DNA of 64,000 bases from an uncultured Vicinamibacteraceae bacterium (GTDB taxonomy: Bacteria > Acidobacteriota > Vicinamibacteria > Vicinamibacterales > UBA8438), in assembly GCA_964507425.1 (NCBI GenBank), contig CAZDQD010000015.1:1071-65070 (forward strand), written 5' to 3'. A program made the translations under genes and the position numbers. Position 1 is the stretch's first letter. Every line of letters begins with the position of its first letter. The notes beneath the pieces are model-generated. The model was not told the origin of the DNA. It worked only from the letters and a program-made list of their open reading frames with translations, and ran no database searches. Positions 9,724 to 17,699 of this stretch are shown here, piece by piece.

Positions 9724-10491
9724 GTGAACTGGGCAGGGCGAAACCGTGTGTCGGCTGTGGCAGTCGTGTTGTGGATGCTGACAGTGTGTGGTGGGATATC
9801 CTGGCATCTTAGTGAGTCGATGCCGGTCGTTGCAAATGTTCAACTCCAAGGCGACCGCGGAGAAGAACGGCAGCAGATGGTAGAGCAACAATTACGTGCT
9901 CGTGGTATTGCTGACCAAGCTGTACTGACTGCAATCGGGTCGGTACTGCGCCATCGATTTGTTCCAGAGGAGCTATCGAGTAACGCGTATGACGATCGAC
10001 CACTGCCCATCGGTTTCGATCAAACCATTTCGCAGCCTTATATTGTCGCCTACATGACCGAGGCTCTCGGTTTGTCCTCAGAGGCGAGGGTGCTCGAAAT
10101 TGGTTCTGGGTCGGGCTATCAGACTGCTGTTCTTGCCGAGCTGGTTAGGGAAGTTTATTCGATCGAGATCGTGCCCGAGCTTGCGGCGAGATCGCGGGAC
10201 TTGCTGTCGGAACTTGGTTACGAGAACGTGGATATACGAGAAGGTGACGGTTACGCGGGCTGGCCAGAAAAAGCCCCCTTCGATGCGATTATTGTGACGG
10301 CGTCTCCGGATCACGTTCCGCAGCCCCTAATTGATCAAATCGCGGTCGGTGGACGTCTCGTCATCCCTGTGGGACGGGTCATCCAGAACATGATGATCCT
10401 GACCAGAACCCCTAATCAGTTGGTTGAAGAAATCACTTTGCCAGTGCGGTTTGTGCCGATGACTGGGGAAGCGCTGAATCGAAATCGATAG
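9724..10491 (+). CDS. pcm: Protein-L-isoaspartate(D-aspartate) O-methyltransferase with N-terminal hydrophobic extension
   Basis: [74 protein letters not shown]. Confidence 0.92.
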   Translation: MNWAGRNRVSAVAVVLWMLTVCGGISWHLSESMPVVANVQLQGDRGEERQQMVEQQLRARGIADQAVLTAIGSVLRHRFVPEELSSNAYDDRPLPIGFDQTISQPYIVAYMTEALGLSSEARVLEIGSGSGYQTAVLAELVREVYSIEIVPELAARSRDLLSELGYENVDIREGDGYAGWPEKAPFDAIIVTASPDHVPQPLIDQIAVGGRLVIPVGRVIQNMMILTRTPNQLVEEITLPVRFVPMTGEALNRNR

Positions 10492-10493
10492 CA

Positions 10494-12590
10494 ATGCGTT
10501 CGTTGGTAGTTAAAGTTCAAACGAAGCAATTGATGAGCAACGTCTTGTGTCGTCGCGTTCTCTGGAGGGAAGCGTTTGTTTTCGGCCTCTTGGCGATTGT
10601 GACTGGTGTAGAAGTGTACGGACAGCCGCCAAGAGTTCAAGCGTTTGTGCCGACAGTAAATTCTACGGGCCAGCATGGGCCATCGACTAGCTCATTTACC
10701 GCAATTGATAATTATTCGATCCGTTACTGGGATAGTCTCGTAGACTCGTTATCGCGTCGTGGCAACCTCGTTGTCGACGATGTGATGCCGGATACAGTGA
10801 TACCCGACCGCACGCATGAAAGATTAACCCAATACCACGAGGGTGTGCGTGTATACGGCAGTGAAATTACGCGAGAACTCAAGGGTGGCGTCACGTTGTC
10901 TGTGGGTGGTGTGCTGCGCAATGACATTGATATTTCTACGAGGCCAACGTTATCTCAAGCTGAGATAACGAACCATTTCACACTAATCAGCTTACGCATG
11001 TTCTCTCAGCCCGAGCTGGTTGTTTACCCTGTAGATGATGGGACCTACCATTTGGCTTATGTGGCAGATGTTGCAGACGGCGAGGGGATGTTTAGATACG
11101 TCGTCGACGCACATTCAGGAGATCAGATCGCTAAATGGACTCTACTTTTCCAGCAAGGTGGAGGTGTGTCGGCGGTCGGGACGGGTATTTTAGGTGATAC
11201 AAAGAAAGTAAGTGTGACCAACAAACCTGCGTGGGGTGTGCACTTGGCACGGGATACCCAACGTCCGGCCGAGTTACAAACAATTGACCTTGGTTTTGAC
11301 CTTCAACGCGGCTATGAAAACTTATTTCTTGGTGTAGACACGGGGGAATTAGACATTGCATCAGACAGTGACAATGTTTGGACGGACCCCATTGTCGTAG
11401 ACATGCAGGCCTACTTGGGTTGGACATACGACTATCTTTATGAGCGGTTCGGCCGAAACGGGATCGACGACCAGAACTCGACAATCCGTGCTTTTGTGCA
11501 TTGGTTTCGGCCAGAGGACTACGATTCCGTTCCAGATGTGTTTCGAAAATTTATGTGTAACGCGTTTTACGCGCCGCAATTGGATGTGATTTTTGTGGGA
11601 GATGGACTGCCTGCTCATGTAGATGACTGTAAATCTTTAGCGGCTAGCCTTGATGTTGTGGCGCACGAGTTAGCGCACGGCGTGACTAGTTGGACATCAA
11701 ATTTGGTCTACGAAAATGAATCGGGTGCATTGAATGAGGCCTTTTCAGACATTTTAGGTGTCAGCGCAGATTTTTTTCATGCTGAATACAACAATGGGCT
11801 GCCGTACGAGGCCAACTATCGCGTTGGGGAAACGTCTATCGCTGGTGGTATTCGGGATTTGTCAGATCCAGGATTGTTTGTCGACCCTGACCACTACGGG
11901 GCGCGTCAGATGCCCGTTTATAGCGACTCACGTGACGACTATGGGTTTGTGCATACGAACTCCATGATTGCTGGTCATGCATTTTATCTAGCAGTGGAGG
12001 GCGGCAGAAACCGTACGTCGAACCAGGTTGTAAATGGTGTCGGCTCGGCCAAGCGAGCGGATATCGAAAAATCTTTCTACCGCGCGTTTGCTTACAAACT
12101 AACGCCTTATGCGACCATGCGCGACGCGAGAATGTGGACAATTGATCAGGCGGTGACACCAGCAGCCCGTCAGGCGATTCGGGAGGCGTGGGATGCGGTT
12201 GGTGTGTTCGAAAATCAAGAGGTTCGGATCGTGATTAAGGACTTGAAACGCTCTTCGAGTTGCGCATCTGGTTATGACATGCAGTGGAATGAAGAAATTA
12301 CAACTGGTCCCTCTTCATTCAATGTCACTAATTGGGAGGCGCGTATTTATACGCGCCAGCAAGCATTAAACAAAAATGTAAATGGCACGGATCAGATATC
12401 AAAGTCGAACGCCGAGGAGTTCGAAAACTTTTTCGGTTTGTCAGATATTCCGCCGAGAACTACCGTTACGGCGAGTGTCTGTTGGTCATCGTGGGGAGGC
12501 TCACGAATCTGGCTGCACTCAGAGATAACCGGTGCCCATGACGATGGTGTCCAGGCTACGCATTACGCCGGACGTTACTATCTTCGCTGA
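10494..12590 (+). CDS. M4 (thermolysin-like) metallopeptidase with propeptide and unassigned C-terminal domain
   Basis: NAFY, LDVVAHELAHGVT (HExxH), GALNEAFSDI, VHTNS; FTP/PepSY-like propeptide (RLTQYHEGVRVYG). Confidence 0.88.
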   Translation: MRSLVVKVQTKQLMSNVLCRRVLWREAFVFGLLAIVTGVEVYGQPPRVQAFVPTVNSTGQHGPSTSSFTAIDNYSIRYWDSLVDSLSRRGNLVVDDVMPDTVIPDRTHERLTQYHEGVRVYGSEITRELKGGVTLSVGGVLRNDIDISTRPTLSQAEITNHFTLISLRMFSQPELVVYPVDDGTYHLAYVADVADGEGMFRYVVDAHSGDQIAKWTLLFQQGGGVSAVGTGILGDTKKVSVTNKPAWGVHLARDTQRPAELQTIDLGFDLQRGYENLFLGVDTGELDIASDSDNVWTDPIVVDMQAYLGWTYDYLYERFGRNGIDDQNSTIRAFVHWFRPEDYDSVPDVFRKFMCNAFYAPQLDVIFVGDGLPAHVDDCKSLAASLDVVAHELAHGVTSWTSNLVYENESGALNEAFSDILGVSADFFHAEYNNGLPYEANYRVGETSIAGGIRDLSDPGLFVDPDHYGARQMPVYSDSRDDYGFVHTNSMIAGHAFYLAVEGGRNRTSNQVVNGVGSAKRADIEKSFYRAFAYKLTPYATMRDARMWTIDQAVTPAARQAIREAWDAVGVFENQEVRIVIKDLKRSSSCASGYDMQWNEEITTGPSSFNVTNWEARIYTRQQALNKNVNGTDQISKSNAEEFENFFGLSDIPPRTTVTASVCWSSWGGSRIWLHSEITGAHDDGVQATHYAGRYYLR

Positions 12591-12781
12591 TGCTGCGCTC
12601 GAGTTGGTGGTCCCTATGGTCATGACTGTGTCCCGGCAGATTATCGAAGGGTGTTATTTTGTTGTTCGTAGTGCTATGGTGGGATCGGTCTTTCTATCGC
12701 TCGGGCCAGCCGTTGTTCTTGTGGGACAGTAAAACAGTTAAGATGAATATGGACCGTATGTTGATTGGTTAACAGAACGAT

Positions 12782-13990
12782 ATGACGACTTTCTTTTTGA
12801 ACTTGTGGGAGCTCATGCTGGAACTCGCCCCTTGGCTGTTTGCCGGCACCGCACTGGCGAGTCTTCTCCACGTATGGTTACCGAAGGATTTTGTGAGCCG
12901 CCGATTGGGTGGTGGTGGAATGGGGGAGGTTACACGTGCAGTAGCGCTGGGTGTACCACTACCACTCTGTTCTTGTGGCGTTATTCCTGCAGCGATGTCT
13001 CTCAAAAAAGAGGGCGCTAGCGACGGGGCATCCACCGGCTTTTTGATTTCCACACCGCAGACGGGTGTGGATTCTATTTTTGTGACTTCTTCGATGCTTG
13101 GGTTTCCGTTTGCGCTGTTCAAGGTGTTTGCAGCTCTTGTGACGGGAGTAATCGGTGGATATTTTGTGGAGCGTCTCAAATCCAAGGCTGTGCAGCAAAG
13201 AGACGACAGAGTGGATTTTCATGGTCATCAGGTCAATAGTAATGCTTGGCGCGAAGCGTTTCGGTACGGCCTTGACGAGTTGATTTATCCCATCTGGGGT
13301 TGGTTAGTTGTGGGAATGTTGGTTTCAGCTGTGGTGACAACGTGGATACCGCAAGATCAATTTTCTGCGCTTGCGACAGGTGGAGTTTTGACGCTTCTGT
13401 TAACGGTCGCAATTTCTGTGCCCCTGTATGTTTGTGCGACGGCTTCTGTTCCGGTTGCCGCATCGTTAGTTGCGTCAGGCTTTCCGGAAGGTGCTGCCCT
13501 TGTTTTTCTGATGGCAGGGCCCGCAACCAATGTTGCGACTATCGGCGCGGTAACCCGCGTTTTTGGCAAGCGAGTGATGGCTGTGTATTTGTCGACGGTG
13601 ATTGTCGGGAGCATAGGATTTGGTTTGGCTTTTGATACCTTTTTTGGACTTGAATCGAACCAGGTGGCGATGCCTCATGCGCACGAATCACTACTTACTC
13701 AGGGTAGCGCTGTTGCGTTGATAGGTTTGCTGTTTTGGTTTGCTGTACAAGACCTAAATCAGAGGTTCGGAATAAAGGGGGCACGCGAAGGGGAAGAAAC
13801 CGTAGAGTTGACGGTATCCGGCCTTAGTTGCGGAGGGTGCGTAAAGACGCTTACGTCCGGTTTAGAGTCGGTCTCCGGAGTGGACAGGGTTGAAGTCATT
13901 TTAGATACGGGCCATACGTCTATTCACGGCATGGACCTGGATCGTGAAGTTCTGGAAAGCGCTGTTCGGAAAGTTGGATTTTCCGTGTGA
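12782..13990 (+). CDS. DUF318/ArsP-like (SO_0444-type) metal permease with C-terminal heavy-metal-associated domain
   Basis: LPLCSCGVIP, STPQTGVDS, LYVCATASVP, AGPATN; multiple TM segments; C-terminal GLSCGGC HMA motif. Confidence 0.85.
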   Translation: MTTFFLNLWELMLELAPWLFAGTALASLLHVWLPKDFVSRRLGGGGMGEVTRAVALGVPLPLCSCGVIPAAMSLKKEGASDGASTGFLISTPQTGVDSIFVTSSMLGFPFALFKVFAALVTGVIGGYFVERLKSKAVQQRDDRVDFHGHQVNSNAWREAFRYGLDELIYPIWGWLVVGMLVSAVVTTWIPQDQFSALATGGVLTLLLTVAISVPLYVCATASVPVAASLVASGFPEGAALVFLMAGPATNVATIGAVTRVFGKRVMAVYLSTVIVGSIGFGLAFDTFFGLESNQVAMPHAHESLLTQGSAVALIGLLFWFAVQDLNQRFGIKGAREGEETVELTVSGLSCGGCVKTLTSGLESVSGVDRVEVILDTGHTSIHGMDLDREVLESAVRKVGFSV

Positions 13991-14186
13991 GCGGTTTTAT
14001 TCCCAATCGGTTGGTTTATTCTCACCTCGAGTTCTGAGTTGGTAACGTGCTCCCATCTGGCACGTGCTAGCTTGGTGAGTTGGATGTTGACTCTCCCGCA
14101 CAGTTGTTTCTTCCTGCGAGACGATCTCTGTGTCCTACGATAGGGTGACGTCGTGCCGGGCGTTCACGCCCGAACACATCGAAAAA

Positions 14187-14570
14187 CTATTTTGGTTGGT
14201 TGAGCTGACCTGAAGCTTGAGGGGGTTCAGTCGGTTTGGGCGTAGAGCGCCACCACGACTTCAGACGACGCACTGCCGCAGGACCCGCAAGTGCCGCACC
14301 ACACCAAAAAAGAACCTCAGCCAGGATAATAAGGCCGCCAGCAAAAGTTGCGCGCTCTTCGACGCTTAGCGGTAGGAACGGGATTATTGGCAACACCACC
14401 CAGAGTGGCAAAGACACTACCATCAATACGATTCCTGAGGAGGTCATCCACTGCTTTCGGCGGACGGTTGTCTTTGGTGACTCTTCTATGTTGCGCATTA
14501 CTGTTAATGTCCGGCTAACTAGACGGAGTTCTCGTAAACGGCGACTAATTTTAGTCAATATAGAGTTCAC
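14187..14570 (-). CDS. Small membrane protein, transporter-suffix-domain type (start uncertain)
   Basis: Two hydrophobic segments LWVVLPIIPFLPL...GGLIILAEVLFWCGAALAG followed by basic RRLKSWW. Confidence 0.6.
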   Translation of the reverse strand: MNSILTKISRRLRELRLVSRTLTVMRNIEESPKTTVRRKQWMTSSGIVLMVVSLPLWVVLPIIPFLPLSVEERATFAGGLIILAEVLFWCGAALAGPAAVRRLKSWWRSTPKPTEPPQASGQLNQPK

Positions 14571-14645
14571 GAGTTCAATGAAGTGGAGGTCTAGAGATTT
14601 TCTTCGAGATGGTAAATTAAATCGAATTTGTGATTGAGGGAGAGT

Positions 14646-15566
14646 ATGGACAGTAAAAAAGTAGGTTTTATAGGACTTGGGCGTATGGGTCTCGGTATGG
14701 CGAATAATTTGTTAAGGGCAAGGGTGCCGCTAGTCGTCTATGACGTGAGTGAGCAACCGCTCCAGCAATTAGTTGCGGATGGTGTGTCCGTTGCATCCGA
14801 TCCCGCAGACCTTGCCAGTCGTGTCGACTTGCTGTTTGTATGTGTCCCATCGGATACGGAATCGGCCAGCGTGTTGTTTGGAAACCGTGGTGTCGCCACT
14901 ACAAAAGAGGGACTTCCGGTCGTCGACACGACGACGATGAATCATGGTGCCGCGCTGCACCTCGCTGAGCGCTCCCGTGGTGCGGGACTGAACTATGCGG
15001 ATTGTCCGATATCGGGGATGCCGTTTCGGGCAGAAGACGGAACACTCACCATGATGTTTGGTGGCACGGATGAACAGTTTTTAGAGGCGAAGCCGTTTCT
15101 CAACATCATGGGAGAATTTATTGTTCATTGCGGAGATGTTGGAATGGGACAATTGATGAAGGCGGTGAACAACATTATTTACGACGTCAATATTGCAGCT
15201 CTGTCTGAAGTGATGCCGATTGCCGTAAGAGCGGGTCTTAGTGTCGAGACACTCGCGGAGGTCTTAACGACTGCAAGTTCTCGTAGTTTCGCAAGCGAAT
15301 ACTTTGTTCCCAAGATGTTACGGGGAGAATTTGAGGGCGATTTTTCGTTATCTGCTGCCTATAAGGATATCGTCAACATGAAAGAGGTTGCATCGAAGAT
15401 GCAGGTGTCGCTTCCGGTGGTTGACGCGATGGTTTCCAGTTACGACGCAGCTATTGAAATGGGTAATGGACACCAGTCCAAAAGCGCTATGCTCAAGGTG
15501 TACGAAGAACGTTTTCAACAAAAGGTCCGCCTTGCGAAAGAGTCGAGTTCAGCGTCGATGGAGTAA
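14646..15566 (+). CDS. NAD(P)-dependent beta-hydroxyacid dehydrogenase (3-hydroxyisobutyrate/tartronate semialdehyde reductase family)
   Basis: GFIGLGRMGLGMA Rossmann motif, DCPISG, GQLMKAVNN catalytic Lys motif, YKD. Confidence 0.85.
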   Translation: MDSKKVGFIGLGRMGLGMANNLLRARVPLVVYDVSEQPLQQLVADGVSVASDPADLASRVDLLFVCVPSDTESASVLFGNRGVATTKEGLPVVDTTTMNHGAALHLAERSRGAGLNYADCPISGMPFRAEDGTLTMMFGGTDEQFLEAKPFLNIMGEFIVHCGDVGMGQLMKAVNNIIYDVNIAALSEVMPIAVRAGLSVETLAEVLTTASSRSFASEYFVPKMLRGEFEGDFSLSAAYKDIVNMKEVASKMQVSLPVVDAMVSSYDAAIEMGNGHQSKSAMLKVYEERFQQKVRLAKESSSASME

Positions 15567-15615
15567 CTGTTGTCGGCACGAGGGCGCCAGAAGAGCGTGG
15601 GTTTGAAGGAGGGGT

Positions 15616-17589
15616 ATGATGCGAAACGACCGATTGCAGCGGTGCGTAGGCGTTTGTGTGACTGCGTTCCTCACATTAACTGTCTCAGCTGTAAATGCTC
15701 CAGCTCAATCGTCGGTCCCTGACGGTGAATGGCACGCGTTTGGCCGTGATGGTGCGAACACTAAGTATTCTCCGCTGGGGCAAATTACGGCTGAGAACTT
15801 TGTAGACCTTGAGATTGCGTGGCGTTGGACATCATTATCCAAGTCGGTTGTTGATAGCGACGAACGCATCCGCCCACGTGGCTTTGTTGCAACACCACTG
15901 ATGGTTGATGGCGTGGTCTATACGGTAACGGCGTTGGGTCAGGTGGCTGCACTCGACGCAGGTACTGGAGAACAGGTCTGGGAATACGATCCTCGTATTT
16001 ACGATTATCTCGATCGACCACCGAACATGGGTTGGCATCACCGAGGTGTGTCGTATTGGAACGACAACGACAGCGATGATGCGCGGATTTTCATTGCGAG
16101 TCACGATCTTCGTCTCGTCGCCTTGAACGCGAACACTGGTCGGATGTATCCGGATTTTGGCTTGGATGGGTACGTCGACCTGGGTACCGGCTTTGAACGG
16201 GAAATCGATCGTTCTCGGATGACGTACTCCTCGCCAGTGGCAATCGTCGGAGACACCGTCATCGTAGGCAGCATCATCCAAGACACACGATTAACATTGC
16301 GGGAAGCGAACCCTGGACACGTGCGCGCTTATGATGCCAGAACCGGTGAAATGAAGTGGATTTTTAGAACGATTCCGCAGGGTGATGACTTTGGTGTCGA
16401 TAGCTGGGGTAATGAGTCGTGGCGATACAGTGGGCATTCGAATGTATGGTCCTACATGGCAGTCGACGAGGAATTGGGACATGTCTATTTGCCGACTGGC
16501 ACCCCCTCAAATGACTGGTATGGCGGCATGCGGCCTGGTAACAATCTCTTTGCAGAGAGCATTGTCGCGGTTGACGTTGAAACTGGTCAGCGCGTTTGGC
16601 ATTTTCAAGCGATACACCACGGTCTTTGGGATTGGGATTTTCCGACCGGTCCCAATTTGCTTGATATCACGGTAGATGGCCGAGAGATTAAGGCTTTGGC
16701 TCAGGTGAGTAAGCAGGGGTTTACTTACGTGTTTGATCGTGTGACCGGTGAGCCGGTGTGGCCGATCGAGGAGCGACCAGTACCGCAAGGCAATGTGCCC
16801 GGTGAGTGGTATTCTGCAACACAACCGTTTCCGACCAAACCACCACCCTTTACTCGGCAGGGTAGCCAGCTCGATGATCTAATCGATTTCACACCGGAGT
16901 TACGGGCTGAGGCAATTGAAATTGCGAGTCGTGCACAGTTTGGGCCGATATTTTCACCGCCGGTGCTGCGTGGAACCCAAAAACCTTACATACAAGTGCC
17001 AGGGGCAGGGGGTGGTGCCAACTGGCAGGGTGCTGCAGTCGATCCAGAGACGGGTCAGTTGTTTATTTCGTCGTCGAACACGCTTATTGTTGTTGAGGTG
17101 GTGAAGTACGATCCGCCGGCGACGGTCGGTTATTTTACCGATCCGTGGGGTGTTGGTCTGCAGGGACCGGAGGGGCTGCCCTTGTTTAAACCTCCATACA
17201 AGACAATCACGTCGTTTGATTTAAACACGGGAGACAAAGTATGGGTTCAGCCGCACGGTGACGGACCGAGAAATCATCCAGCTATTACACATCTTAATCT
17301 TCCACCGCTGGGCGGTGGTGGAGGCATCAGTTCGGGGCCCTTGGTTACGCCTACTTTGTTGATCATGAATCACGGTGGTCGCGATTACGAAGAACTAACG
17401 GCGGGGGCACAAACTCTTAGTGCTTACGACAAAACAACCGGAGAGCATCTCGGCTCAGTTGACTTGCCAGCGGTACCTGGTGGTAATCCGATCAGCTATA
17501 TGCATCACGGTAACCAGTACATAGCGTTGGCGGTGGGCAGTGCGAGTGGTGACAATAGACCCGAATTGGTTGCGCTTCGATTGCCGTAA
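15616..17589 (+). CDS. Secreted PQQ-dependent dehydrogenase, mGDH-like; close paralog of 2727..4676
   Basis: Same motif set (HHGLWDWD, WPIEERPVP, GGANWQG); shares GYFTDPW and PHGDGPRNHPA with 2727..4676. Confidence 0.88.
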   Translation: MMRNDRLQRCVGVCVTAFLTLTVSAVNAPAQSSVPDGEWHAFGRDGANTKYSPLGQITAENFVDLEIAWRWTSLSKSVVDSDERIRPRGFVATPLMVDGVVYTVTALGQVAALDAGTGEQVWEYDPRIYDYLDRPPNMGWHHRGVSYWNDNDSDDARIFIASHDLRLVALNANTGRMYPDFGLDGYVDLGTGFEREIDRSRMTYSSPVAIVGDTVIVGSIIQDTRLTLREANPGHVRAYDARTGEMKWIFRTIPQGDDFGVDSWGNESWRYSGHSNVWSYMAVDEELGHVYLPTGTPSNDWYGGMRPGNNLFAESIVAVDVETGQRVWHFQAIHHGLWDWDFPTGPNLLDITVDGREIKALAQVSKQGFTYVFDRVTGEPVWPIEERPVPQGNVPGEWYSATQPFPTKPPPFTRQGSQLDDLIDFTPELRAEAIEIASRAQFGPIFSPPVLRGTQKPYIQVPGAGGGANWQGAAVDPETGQLFISSSNTLIVVEVVKYDPPATVGYFTDPWGVGLQGPEGLPLFKPPYKTITSFDLNTGDKVWVQPHGDGPRNHPAITHLNLPPLGGGGGISSGPLVTPTLLIMNHGGRDYEELTAGAQTLSAYDKTTGEHLGSVDLPAVPGGNPISYMHHGNQYIALAVGSASGDNRPELVALRLP

Positions 17590-17599
17590 CTTGCTTACC

Positions 17600-17654
17600 A
17601 GTCAACGGTTACAGTCTGATATGTGTTGACTTGCACGGCTATTGGGAATAGGCT
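17600..17654 (+). promoter_or_regulatory. Putative sigma70-like promoter with an overlapping inverted repeat, upstream of the DUF1592 operon
   Basis: TTGACT (17626-31)-N17-TAGGCT (17649-54); AGTCAAC-N18-GTTGACT (17600-17631). Confidence 0.35.
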
Positions 17655-17699
17655 CATACTGGCCGATGGGTCTATCTTTCCGGTAGTTGGCGTATAAGG

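Noticed and set aside
14157-14172. CGGGCG-TTCA-CGCCCG hairpin as a terminator
   Set aside because: Only a 6-bp stem, with no U-tract following on either strand
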